The notes under the pieces: model-generated
Told to the model about the DNA's origin: nothing
The model's database searches: none
Seen by the model: only the letters and a program-made list of their open reading frames with translations
Part shown: in pieces, positions 16,551-25,173 of the stretch
How the letters are laid out: every line of letters begins with the position of its first letter
How positions within the stretch are numbered: position 1 is the first letter of the stretch
IMG/VR virus record: IMGVR_UViG_3300043427_002668
DNA from: a virus
Lineage: Duplodnaviria; Caudoviricetes
Length of the DNA stretch: 64,000 nt
Direction: 5' to 3' (one strand)
Program-made: the position numbers and the translations under genes

Positions 16551-17872
16551 AGGGGTTAGTTATATTCGGAGCAACTGGAGATCTTTGTAAAAAGAAATTG
16601 ATTCCAGCATTGTATTCTTTACATAAGAAAAGTCTTTTGCCAAAAGGACTAAAGATCATCGGTGCCTCCAGAACCCAACACACCAAAGAAAGTTGGGTAG
16701 AAGTATTGGGAAGCTATTCTCAAGAGTTTATCAAAAGACTTGAATATGTTCCCTGTGATTTAAGTGATGCCGAATCTCTTAAGTCATTACACGATTATGG
16801 GGATATGACATACTTTCTGTCAGTTCCTCCAGAACGATATGCTGATGCTATTACAAACCTAAAAGAAGCAGGTAAGTTAGATGACGCAGAAAAATCTAGA
16901 GTTATTATTGAGAAACCTTTTGGCACCGATCTTCAATCTGCTAATTATTTACAATCTGTGGTTTCTGGATATCTACGCGAAAAACAAGTTTATCGCATTG
17001 ACCATTATCTTGGTAAAGATACTGTTAATAACATTCTTGCCACTCGTTTTAGCAATATTCTTTTGGAACCACTATGGAATCGAAATTTTATAGAGGAAGT
17101 CCAAATCTTCGCAACTGAAACAATTGGATGTGAAGGTCGAGCACAGTATTACGATACTGCTGGTGCCGTAAGAGATATGCTCCAGAACCATATGCTTCAG
17201 GTTCTGGCACTGATTGCTATGGAACCACCTTGTAGAAATGATGCAAGGGAAATCCGTAGAGAGAAAGTTAAGGTTCTAGCAGCCACCAGATTAGGTGATA
17301 ATGTGGTCCTAGGACAATATGATGGATACAAGAGTGAGGAAGGTGTGAAGTATGACTCACAAACACCAACCTTTGTTGCTGGTGAGTTGTATATCGATAA
17401 CTGGAGATGGAAAGGAGTTCCTTTTCACTTTATGACTGGTAAGAAAATGCCAGTTGGATGTGTGGAAGTTGTGATTAAATTTAAAGCACCTCCACAACAA
17501 TTGTTTGAGGGTCACGAATGTAATGATCGAATTGTAATGAGATTACAACCAGATCCACACCTAGATATGCGTATTGATATTAAATCTCCAGGACTAAATG
17601 ATATGGTAGAACCAGCACTTCTTCAGTATCATTATCCTGTAGAGAAAGCAATTGATGGTTATGTGAAACTGTTTTATGATGCGATTAATGAAGATCAATC
17701 ACACTTTGTTCATGCGGATGAAGTGCTGGAGTCTTGGCGAATTGTTGATGATCTTCTTTGTACGGGAGATTATTGCCCTATTAATACAAGACCTTATTCT
17801 TATAAGGAAGGTGTTTGGGGACCAGAAGAAAAAGCAATTACAAAGTGGGATTATCCACTCAAATTAAAATAG
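16547..17872 (+). CDS. zwf: glucose-6-phosphate dehydrogenase
   Basis: GATGDL, EKPFG, RIDHYLGK, RDMLQNH. Confidence 0.97.
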   Translation: MKGLVIFGATGDLCKKKLIPALYSLHKKSLLPKGLKIIGASRTQHTKESWVEVLGSYSQEFIKRLEYVPCDLSDAESLKSLHDYGDMTYFLSVPPERYADAITNLKEAGKLDDAEKSRVIIEKPFGTDLQSANYLQSVVSGYLREKQVYRIDHYLGKDTVNNILATRFSNILLEPLWNRNFIEEVQIFATETIGCEGRAQYYDTAGAVRDMLQNHMLQVLALIAMEPPCRNDAREIRREKVKVLAATRLGDNVVLGQYDGYKSEEGVKYDSQTPTFVAGELYIDNWRWKGVPFHFMTGKKMPVGCVEVVIKFKAPPQQLFEGHECNDRIVMRLQPDPHLDMRIDIKSPGLNDMVEPALLQYHYPVEKAIDGYVKLFYDAINEDQSHFVHADEVLESWRIVDDLLCTGDYCPINTRPYSYKEGVWGPEEKAITKWDYPLKLK

Positions 17873-17882
17873 GAGAAAGACT

Positions 17883-18905
17883 ATGAAAGTAGGAATGATC
17901 GGACTGGGACGGATGGGAGAAGGAATGTCTCGTCGTATGATGAAGGCAGGTATTGAAGTTTGGGGATACCGCAGGAACTATGGGAAAGCAAAAGAAGCAT
18001 TTGAGAAAGGATATGTAAATGGGGTTACGACAACGATTGAAACTTTAGTTAGAGTTGTTAAAACAGAGAATAAACCAGGAATTTTCCAGATGGTAGTTCC
18101 TGCCGAAACAGTAGAGGAAACAATCAATGAGTTACTACGATTTTGTGGTGAAGGAGATATTATTATTGATCATGGCAATAGCAATTTTAAAGACAGTCGG
18201 AAGAGAGCAGAACGTTTGGCAAAGTTGGGTATCCAATATATTGATTGTGGCACTAGCGGGGGTGTTTATGGTCTGGATCGTGGATACTGTCTTATGGTTG
18301 GCGGTGGAGATACTGCAGTCGCCACTTGTAAAAGCATTTTTAATGCCCTCGCTCCAGGAGTACACGCTGCCGAGAGGACTGAGTTTGACTCACCTGTAAC
18401 CTCAGCAGAGCACGGTTGGTTGCACTGTGGTGGTCCAGGAGCAGGGCATTTTGTAAAGATGGTGCATAATGGCATTGAGTATGGTATTATGCAAGCATAT
18501 GCAGAAGGATTTAACATTATCAAGAATGCTAATAATGGAGCACAGTATGTTAGAGAAGGAGACGCTGAAGTTGCCCCTATGGCGGATCCAGAAAGTTACT
18601 GCTATGATATTGATGTTGCTGAGGTTGCTGAGTTATGGCGTCGTGGTAGCGTTGTTGGTTCTTGGTTACTTGACCTTACTGCTTCTGTGTTGCGCCACAG
18701 CCCACAGCTTTCTAACTTCTCTGGAGGGGTATCCGACAGCGGTGAAGGTCGCTGGACGGTTAATGCTGCTGTGGATCTGGGGGTTCCCGCTCCTGTTATC
18801 ACCACTGCTCTTTATGAAAGATTTAATTCACGCAATCTGGGTACTTTCGCAGCCAAGATTCTAAATGGTATGAGGTATATGTTTGGAGGACATCACGTTA
18901 GATGA
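17883..18905 (+). CDS. gnd: 6-phosphogluconate dehydrogenase (short type)
   Basis: GLGRMG, DHGNS, DCGTSGG, KMVHNGIEYG, DSGEGRWT. Confidence 0.97.
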   Translation: MKVGMIGLGRMGEGMSRRMMKAGIEVWGYRRNYGKAKEAFEKGYVNGVTTTIETLVRVVKTENKPGIFQMVVPAETVEETINELLRFCGEGDIIIDHGNSNFKDSRKRAERLAKLGIQYIDCGTSGGVYGLDRGYCLMVGGGDTAVATCKSIFNALAPGVHAAERTEFDSPVTSAEHGWLHCGGPGAGHFVKMVHNGIEYGIMQAYAEGFNIIKNANNGAQYVREGDAEVAPMADPESYCYDIDVAEVAELWRRGSVVGSWLLDLTASVLRHSPQLSNFSGGVSDSGEGRWTVNAAVDLGVPAPVITTALYERFNSRNLGTFAAKILNGMRYMFGGHHVR

Positions 18906-19027
18906 TTACATCAACAACACCATATAAACTTGCTGAGATTATTCGGGATACTTGGCCTGGTCTTTACAGGAAACCTCAAGCGTCCTATAATACCCAAAAG
19001 ACTTCTAAAAATGAAAAAATACAATGA
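18902..19027 (+). CDS. 41-aa hypothetical protein (not in ORF track)
   Basis: MITSTTPYKLAEIIRDTWPGLYRKP...; ATGA overlap with the gnd stop. Confidence 0.6.
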   Translation: MITSTTPYKLAEIIRDTWPGLYRKPQASYNTQKTSKNEKIQ

Positions 19028-19343
19028 AGAATATTTTTCTGTAATTGAAACCAAAACTGGCAGAAAGATTGTTGATTGTGGATTAGAGGAAGATGCACTC
19101 GCAATGGTTGCTCTTGATCCACAAAACAGAACTTATACTAGAAATAAGTTTTTGATGGGACCCGTGGTAGACATTGAAATACCAAAAGCATTACCAACAA
19201 ATGAAATTGTTGACTTAGGTGGTAAATGGGATGATCCAATCCCAGAGGGTATTGATCCTTATAATTTAAGGGGGAGACAACCTTTGCAACCAGTTAAAAA
19301 ACAATTACCAGAAGATCAACGAATTCCAGTAAATCCTAAATAA
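19011..19343 (+). CDS. hypothetical protein
   Basis: Tracked ORF 18930..19343; likely ATG at 19011. Confidence 0.7.
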   Translation: MKKYNEEYFSVIETKTGRKIVDCGLEEDALAMVALDPQNRTYTRNKFLMGPVVDIEIPKALPTNEIVDLGGKWDDPIPEGIDPYNLRGRQPLQPVKKQLPEDQRIPVNPK

Positions 19344-19363
19344 TTTTCAGATTAATAAGAAAT

Positions 19364-19600
19364 ATGAAGTTCACAGTTTATTCCAAAGAAGGTTGTCCTT
19401 ATTGCACTAAAGTACAACAAGTATTGCAATTAGCAAGTCTTGATCATGTTGTTTATAAACTTAATAAAGATTTTACAAGAGATCAATTTTATGCAGAATT
19501 TGGTCATGGATCTACTTTCCCTCAAGTAATTGTAAACGATCAACATATTGGCGGATGCACTGACACGGTTCAATATCTAAAGGAACAAAATTTGGTTTAA
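19364..19600 (+). CDS. nrdC: glutaredoxin (NrdC-like)
   Basis: CPYC, TFPQV, IGGC. Confidence 0.92.
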   Translation: MKFTVYSKEGCPYCTKVQQVLQLASLDHVVYKLNKDFTRDQFYAEFGHGSTFPQVIVNDQHIGGCTDTVQYLKEQNLV

Positions 19601-19959
19601 TGGAAAGCACTCTTAATGAAATTTATAATGACGTAGAAAAGGCAATCGACTATGCCTTTCAAGGACATTTTGTATTGAAGTTTTATGATTATCTAAAAAT
19701 TCGCGGAACAAAAAGAATAGAAGTAAAGGAGTTTATTGAAAGCTCAACCGCAAGTGAAATAAGTAGTCTTGTAATGGACTTAGATGATTACTTAGAGGGA
19801 GGATCTGACGAGATCCATAAACAACTTCGTGAAGGTTACGGACATATTCCAAAGCCAGAAGCAAGAAAAATAAGAAATTATCTTTATAATATACTTGAAG
19901 ATGCGTGGAAATATGACCATGACAAAAAACCAGGGCGGCGGAAAAAGAAAACTAAATAA
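19600..19959 (+). CDS. conserved cyanophage hypothetical protein
   Basis: 119-aa ORF coupled to nrdC. Confidence 0.75.
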   Translation: MESTLNEIYNDVEKAIDYAFQGHFVLKFYDYLKIRGTKRIEVKEFIESSTASEISSLVMDLDDYLEGGSDEIHKQLREGYGHIPKPEARKIRNYLYNILEDAWKYDHDKKPGRRKKKTK

Positions 19960-20125
19960 CTCAGAACCTCAAATTAATAGAGGTGTTGAGTTATTACTTA
20001 GGAATAGGAGAAGAAAATCAGAAAAACCAAAGACTTTTCAAGTGAAATTTGGTAAAATGATTTCTCTTTTCCGTAGAGAGTTTCATTTTTTTATAGAATT
20101 TCACTTTGATGTTAGGAAAAAATAA
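19895..20125 (+). CDS. basic hypothetical protein
   Basis: 76-aa ORF; start uncertain. Confidence 0.6.
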   Translation: MKMRGNMTMTKNQGGGKRKLNNSEPQINRGVELLLRNRRRKSEKPKTFQVKFGKMISLFRREFHFFIEFHFDVRKK

Positions 20126-20143
20126 ACTCTCTGGAGAAAACAA

Positions 20144-20374
20144 ATGGAAACAGCATATGTAATTACATTCACCGTAATGTTTACCTTGCTCTTTTTTATG
20201 GTAGGTAGTATAATAGGTTGGTTAACATATAGGCATTTACTTGAATCAAGACCTCCATATTTACATCCAGAGTTTTTTGATGAAAACGGACAAGTAATAC
20301 CGGACGAAATTGTATCAGTGAGATTTGAAAACGATTATGACTACACCGACGAAGACGAGGAAGAAGACAACTGA
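20144..20374 (+). CDS. small membrane protein
   Basis: N-terminal TM helix, LHPEFFDENG, acidic tail; GGAG RBS. Confidence 0.75.
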   Translation: METAYVITFTVMFTLLFFMVGSIIGWLTYRHLLESRPPYLHPEFFDENGQVIPDEIVSVRFENDYDYTDEDEEEDN

Positions 20375-20909
20375 AAACTCAGTTAATACTCTTCCAGTAA
20401 ATCCATTTGCATTTGAGGTTCTAGAATTTGCCTCAAAGCAAAGAAGTAATGCAAAAAAAGTAGAAGTCCTTAAGACATACGAACATGATTCTCTTAAGGC
20501 TATTTTTATTTGGAATTTTGATGATAGTGTTATTTCTCTACTTCCTGAAGGAGAAGTTCCTTATGCAAACGTAGATGAACAGTCTGTATATTCAGGAACT
20601 CTTTCTGAAAATCTTAGGATGGAAGCATCTGGAGGTGAGTTAGCCACAGGTCAAGATCTTGATGGCAGAGGAAAAACATCTCTTCGTAAAGAATGGCAAA
20701 ATCTTTATCATTATGTGAAAGGTGGAAATAATAGTCTTACTTCTATCCGTAGAGAAATGATGTTTATTAATCTTCTTAGAGGTCTTCATCCCAGAGAAGC
20801 TGATTTGTTGGTTCTTGTTAAGGATAAGAAGTTGACTGATAAATATAAGATCACTAAAGAAATCGTGAGCGAAGCATACCCAGACATTCAATGGGGAGGA
20901 CGTTCATGA
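20325..20909 (+). CDS. conserved T4-like hypothetical protein
   Basis: 194 aa; REMMFINLLRGLHPREA motif typical of T4-like phages. Confidence 0.75.
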   Translation: MKTIMTTPTKTRKKTTENSVNTLPVNPFAFEVLEFASKQRSNAKKVEVLKTYEHDSLKAIFIWNFDDSVISLLPEGEVPYANVDEQSVYSGTLSENLRMEASGGELATGQDLDGRGKTSLRKEWQNLYHYVKGGNNSLTSIRREMMFINLLRGLHPREADLLVLVKDKKLTDKYKITKEIVSEAYPDIQWGGRS

Positions 20910-21244
20910 CAGTAGTTGTGGGGGAAAGAAAAAAAATGGCAGGATCATCAAAAAAAGAAAATCAAGTTCTGCCACATGAGTATGGATGTGAAGTTTTACT
21001 TGAAAAAACAACTATTGATAAAGTCAAGGATCCATCTTTTCCAAATGATGCATATTTAATTTGGTATACTTCTGATGGAGAAACTCATATAGATCTTGTC
21101 AGATGCCCCAAAAGAGTAAATTTATTTGATATGTACTATGACAAATATGGTCCAGGTGCAGTTCAAAAAATTGATTTTGGATATGGCAGAATAAATCCCA
21201 AACTTTGGGGATATAAACAACCTGAGAAAAAGAAAAGAAAATGA
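20906..21244 (+). CDS. hypothetical protein
   Basis: Tracked ORF 20891..21244; ATG 20906 overlaps the upstream stop. Confidence 0.7.
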   Translation: MTVVVGERKKMAGSSKKENQVLPHEYGCEVLLEKTTIDKVKDPSFPNDAYLIWYTSDGETHIDLVRCPKRVNLFDMYYDKYGPGAVQKIDFGYGRINPKLWGYKQPEKKKRK

Positions 21245-21453
21245 GTGCTGGATTTGGTGGAGATCCTAATCAAGGTAGACTTGGAAAGGATGCAAAAATT
21301 ACTATTGATTTAGATAACATTGATCATGTTCTAAAAAAATATAAAAAGATTAAAAAATATATGAAGTCTCCTTTATATGCTGTTAAAACAATGGACGGCA
21401 CAGAAGAGATTGTGAGTTCATTGATTAAGGAAGCGGAGGAGAATCCACTGTAA
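21241..21453 (+). CDS. hypothetical protein
   Basis: 70-aa coupled ORF. Confidence 0.7.
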   Translation: MSAGFGGDPNQGRLGKDAKITIDLDNIDHVLKKYKKIKKYMKSPLYAVKTMDGTEEIVSSLIKEAEENPL

Positions 21454-21454
21454 A

Positions 21455-21781
21455 ATGGGGAAGCATTACTTACTTAACTTGTATGGATGCTCGTTTGTCC
21501 TTTTGGACGACGAGCGTTGTCTTATAGACTTATTAGAAAACGCAGCAGCTGCAAGTGGTGCTACTGTAGTTCAGACCATTTCAAAGAAGTTTCATCCACA
21601 GGGAGTCACTGTGATTTGCTTGTTGTCTGAAAGTCATATCAGTATCCATACATGGCCTGAGGAAGGTAAAGCAGCAGTGGATGTTTATACTTGTGGTGAT
21701 TGTAATCCAAAGATTGGTTGTGATATTATCATTCAGCAACTTTATGCATCTAATCATACATTGAGTTACATAGAACGGTAA
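21455..21781 (+). CDS. speD: S-adenosylmethionine decarboxylase proenzyme
   Basis: GKHYLLNLYGC, LSESHISIHTWPE, VDVYTCG. Confidence 0.93.
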   Translation: MGKHYLLNLYGCSFVLLDDERCLIDLLENAAAASGATVVQTISKKFHPQGVTVICLLSESHISIHTWPEEGKAAVDVYTCGDCNPKIGCDIIIQQLYASNHTLSYIER

Positions 21782-21791
21782 CAAATGTTAC
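21778..21791. promoter_or_regulatory. NtcA-type palindrome GTA-N8-TAC
   Basis: GTAACAAATGTTAC, a perfect 6-2-6 palindrome. Confidence 0.65.
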
Positions 21792-21799
21792 AAAGTTAG

Positions 21800-21828
21800 T
21801 TGCATATATAAACCAACGGGTCTATAAT
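21800..21828 (+). promoter_or_regulatory. sigma70 promoter of riboswitch-led transcript
   Basis: TTGCAT-17-TATAAT; the predicted start (about 21835) coincides with the aptamer 5' end. Confidence 0.8.
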
Positions 21829-21835
21829 GATCCTA

Positions 21836-21919
21836 CGTTCATCCCTATGGGACGGAAGTAAGCCGACGCGGAACGGAACGTTCATCGGGAAACCGACGCA
21901 AACGCCGACTGAAGGAACG
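21836..21919 (+). ncRNA. glutamine riboswitch (glnA / Downstream-peptide family), tandem or nested
   Basis: Two CGTTC openers (21836, 21879), GGAAGTA, a GAAA-capped hairpin and GAAGGAACG closer, upstream of a DUF4278-like gene. Confidence 0.8.
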
Positions 21920-21952
21920 CTCTTTAACCTAAAAAACTAAGGAGAAAACCTA

Positions 21953-22090
21953 ATGTCTAAAGTAGTATATCGTGGCGTTGAATATGATACGCAAAAGCGT
22001 ATTGCATATCAACAGCAAATGATGCAACAACCCCAACAATACAACGAAACCTATCGTGGTGTTAAGTTTGTAAAGGAGGGACACAAATGA
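21953..22090 (+). CDS. 45-aa DUF4278-like peptide (not in ORF track)
   Basis: MSKVVYRGVEYDTQKRIAYQQQMMQQPQQYNETYRGVKFVKEGHK with two YRGV motifs; AAGGAG RBS. Confidence 0.85.
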   Translation: MSKVVYRGVEYDTQKRIAYQQQMMQQPQQYNETYRGVKFVKEGHK

Positions 22091-22188
22091 ACACTTACTT
22101 CGTTCGTTACCTTAAGAAAAAAGCAAAGAAGGAACAACTCCTTCATAACGCACAATTGAATATGGCTAAGCAACCACAAGTTGCTTAA
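22087..22188 (+). CDS. 33-aa basic peptide (not in ORF track)
   Basis: MNTYFVRYLKKKAKKEQLLHNAQLNMAKQPQVA; ATGA coupling; terminator follows. Confidence 0.65.
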   Translation: MNTYFVRYLKKKAKKEQLLHNAQLNMAKQPQVA

Positions 22189-22194
22189 TAAATC

Positions 22195-22233
22195 AGAGAG
22201 GGACTTGACTCCCTCTCTTTTTTTATGTATAAT
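22195..22233 (+). terminator. terminator interleaved with the next promoter
   Basis: AGAGAGGGA-cttgac-TCCCTCTCT plus T-run; TTGACT 22205-10 begins in the loop, then 17 nt, then TATAAT 22228-33. Confidence 0.8.
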
Positions 22234-22253
22234 TACCTTTGTGAGGGTTAATC

Positions 22254-22493
22254 ATGATGGATAAAGAAAATCTTAAGTTAATCATCAGAAACCTAGAGTC
22301 TCTTGTAGACTGTTTGAAGTCAGAAGTCTATTCTGATGTTAATTCATATAAACCTCAGTATGAGGAGATTGCTCCTTATATTGATGATTATGATGAAGTC
22401 TTTTATGATGAAGAGGAAGATGATGTATTTGGATCAGTAAGGGTCAACAAAAAATACAAACTAACAAACGACGATGATGGAGATGGACTGTGA
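22254..22493 (+). CDS. conserved cyanophage hypothetical protein
   Basis: LKLIIRNLESLVDCLKSEVYSD, acidic C-terminus. Confidence 0.7.
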   Translation: MMDKENLKLIIRNLESLVDCLKSEVYSDVNSYKPQYEEIAPYIDDYDEVFYDEEEDDVFGSVRVNKKYKLTNDDDGDGL

Positions 22494-23212
22494 AGGACAT
22501 GTTTGAAGAATTCGAATTTATGAAACCAGAGGTAAAACTGGTGTCTGTTACCCCAGATGCAGAGAAACACATGGCGTATTGTGCCCGCGTTTCTAACCCA
22601 AAGAATCAGGACAATGAAAGTTTTGATGGATTGCTTAAGTATTGTATTAAACATCAGCACTGGAGTATCTTCGAGCAAGCATCTATGACTGTAGAAATCA
22701 ATACTACAAGAGGTATTGCAGCTCAGATTTTGCGTCATAGGTCATTCACTTTTCAGGAGTTTTCTCAACGCTACGCTGATACCAATCTTCTAAACGAATC
22801 TATCCCTCTTCCTGAACTTCGTCGTCAAGATACGAAGAACCGTCAGAACTCAATTGACGACCTTCCAGACTACATGAAGCTTACTCTACTGGAAGATATC
22901 CGCGTTCTATTCGAACAGTCTCAGAGGGTCTACAACCGCCTTCTGGAGAAGGGAGTAGCAAAGGAGTGTGCTAGGTTCGTACTACCCTTAGCGACCCCTA
23001 CACGCCTCTATATGACGGGTTCTGTGAGGTCTTGGATTCACTACATTGATTTGAGAGCAGGTCATGGTACACAGAAGGAACATATGGATATTGCTGAGGC
23101 AATTCGTTGTATTTTTACTTGTCAATTCCCAGCAGTTTCTGCTGCTCTTAATTGGAATCGTGATAACTGTGCTGATTGTGAAAGTATTCAACCATCAGTT
23201 CGTATAGACTAA
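22490..23212 (+). CDS. thyX: flavin-dependent thymidylate synthase
   Basis: HWSIFE, QILRHRSFTFQEFSQRY, GHGTQKEH. Confidence 0.96.
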   Translation: MKDMFEEFEFMKPEVKLVSVTPDAEKHMAYCARVSNPKNQDNESFDGLLKYCIKHQHWSIFEQASMTVEINTTRGIAAQILRHRSFTFQEFSQRYADTNLLNESIPLPELRRQDTKNRQNSIDDLPDYMKLTLLEDIRVLFEQSQRVYNRLLEKGVAKECARFVLPLATPTRLYMTGSVRSWIHYIDLRAGHGTQKEHMDIAEAIRCIFTCQFPAVSAALNWNRDNCADCESIQPSVRID

Positions 23213-23241
23213 ATACTGACATATAAAATGGAGGAATAGAG

Positions 23242-23484
23242 TTGGCAATTTATCCAATCATTCATAAAGAAACGGGTGAAAAGAAAGTAATTGAAATGAG
23301 CGTTCATGAAATTACTCAATGGTATAAAGACAATCCAGAGTGGCAACGGGATTGGTCTGAAGGATGTGCGAGTCCAGGAGAAGTTGGAGATTGGCAAAAT
23401 AAGCTAATCTCCAAAAATCCTGGATGGAATGAAGTTCTTGGTCGTGCTGCCAAGATGCCTGGTTCAAAAGTCAAAAAAATCTAA
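23242..23484 (+). CDS. conserved T4-like hypothetical protein
   Basis: 80 aa, TTG start with GGAGG RBS. Confidence 0.7.
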   Translation: MAIYPIIHKETGEKKVIEMSVHEITQWYKDNPEWQRDWSEGCASPGEVGDWQNKLISKNPGWNEVLGRAAKMPGSKVKKI

Positions 23485-23490
23485 TTACAT

Positions 23491-24246
23491 ATGGCAAGAA
23501 GAAAAAGAGTAGAAGACCAACCAATTGGTGTTGGACTTACCGCAAAACAAATGAAGCGTAAGAAACCAATCAATGCTGATTTGATACGAGAGATTGAACC
23601 TCTTACGGATAATCAAAAACTTCTCTACAAAGCATATGAAGCAAATCAAAATATCGTTGCTTATGGATGTGCTGGAACAGGTAAAACTTTCATCACACTC
23701 TATAATGCTCTCTGTGATGTATTGGACGAAAGAAGTCCTTATGAAAAAATTTATATCGTAAGGTCTCTTGTTGCCACCCGTGAGATTGGATTTCTTCCTG
23801 GAGATCATGAAGACAAGTCCTCTCTTTACCAAATTCCTTATAAGAATATGGTGAAGTATATGTTCCAACTCCCCACAGACGCAGATTTTGAGATGCTCTA
23901 TGGAAACCTCAAAACTCAAGGAACGATTAGTTTTTGGAGTACTTCTTTTATTCGCGGAACTACTCTGGATAATGCAATTATAATCGTAGATGAATTCCAA
24001 AATCTTAACTTCCATGAACTTGACTCTATCATCACTCGTGTTGGAGAAAACTCCAAGATTATGTTCTGCGGTGATGCAACTCAATCAGACTTGATTAAGT
24101 CAAATGAGAAGAATGGCATCGTTGACTTTATGAAGATTCTTCGGGTGATGCCCTCGATTGATATTATTGAATTTGGTGTTGAAGATATTGTTCGCTCTGG
24201 ATTCGTGAAGGAATATATTCTTGCAAAAATGGAAATGAATCTATGA
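23491..24246 (+). CDS. phoH: PhoH-family ATPase
   Basis: GCAGTGKT, IGFLPG, FIRGTT, DEFQN, GDATQSDL. Confidence 0.95.
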   Translation: MARRKRVEDQPIGVGLTAKQMKRKKPINADLIREIEPLTDNQKLLYKAYEANQNIVAYGCAGTGKTFITLYNALCDVLDERSPYEKIYIVRSLVATREIGFLPGDHEDKSSLYQIPYKNMVKYMFQLPTDADFEMLYGNLKTQGTISFWSTSFIRGTTLDNAIIIVDEFQNLNFHELDSIITRVGENSKIMFCGDATQSDLIKSNEKNGIVDFMKILRVMPSIDIIEFGVEDIVRSGFVKEYILAKMEMNL

Positions 24247-24923
24247 CATTTATTCATCATAATTTTCTAGGTGATATTGAATTAGAAAAGAAAGAACAGA
24301 ATGGCATCCGCCTCTACCATCTTCCTGACGGGCAGTGGGTGCCTTCTATCACTTCGGTCACTTCATTTTATAATCGTCAGATCTTTATTAACTGGCGAAA
24401 GAGAGTTGGACTAGAAGAAGCAAATCGTATTACGAAGAGAGCAACAACAAGAGGAACTGATTTTCACCAAGTCTGTCAAGACTATCTTGAAAACAAAGAA
24501 CTGAACTGGGATGATTATCAACCTCTGACAAAGTTTATGTTTCATCATTTGAAACCTGAACTTGATAAGATAAATAATATTCACGCAATTGAAAGAACTT
24601 TATACTCTCAGTATTTTGGACTTGCTGGACGAGTTGATTGTATCGCTGAGTATGAAGGTGAACTTGCGGTTATAGACTTTAAAACTTCAGAAAAAATTAA
24701 ACCAGAAGAATGGATTGAGAACTATTTCGTCCAAGAGATGTTTTATGCATCTGCTTATTATGAAATGACTGGTAAACCAATTAAAAAGTTAATCACATTA
24801 ATGGTGACTCCTGGTGGAGAAGTGAAAGTATTTGACAAAAGAAACAAAGGCGAGTATATTAAACTACTAGTTCGCTATATTAAAGAATTTGTATCTCACA
24901 GTACTAGGCCAGATGGAGAATGA
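24243..24923 (+). CDS. PD-(D/E)XK exonuclease (exonuclease A type)
   Basis: PSITSV, RGTDFH, AGRVDCI, IDFKTS. Confidence 0.88.
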   Translation: MTFIHHNFLGDIELEKKEQNGIRLYHLPDGQWVPSITSVTSFYNRQIFINWRKRVGLEEANRITKRATTRGTDFHQVCQDYLENKELNWDDYQPLTKFMFHHLKPELDKINNIHAIERTLYSQYFGLAGRVDCIAEYEGELAVIDFKTSEKIKPEEWIENYFVQEMFYASAYYEMTGKPIKKLITLMVTPGGEVKVFDKRNKGEYIKLLVRYIKEFVSHSTRPDGE

Positions 24924-25170
24924 GTTAGAGAAAGTACTAGAAAGTAAATTTTTCTGTCCTTCGCGGTTCGCTCAGGAGATTGAGAATCTCGTTCAGGTGA
25001 ATATCGAAATGAATTATATTGACGCGATTATTCATTTTTGCGAACATAATAATATCGATTTGGAATCAGTTCCTAAACTCATTTCAAAACCCCTGAAAGA
25101 AAAAATTAAGTATGAAGCAATGGAACTCAACTTCTTAAAAAAGAGTTCCCGTGCAAAACTACCTCTTTGA
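24913..25170 (+). CDS. g33: late promoter transcription co-activator gp33
   Basis: YIDAIIHFCE, LKEKIKYEAMELNFL. Confidence 0.85.
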   Translation: MENELEKVLESKFFCPSRFAQEIENLVQVNIEMNYIDAIIHFCEHNNIDLESVPKLISKPLKEKIKYEAMELNFLKKSSRAKLPL

Positions 25171-25173
25171 TGA

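Noticed and set aside
24243-24923. Cas4 / CRISPR association
   Set aside because: It is the standard T4-like exonuclease next to phoH and g33, with no Fe-S cysteines and no array.
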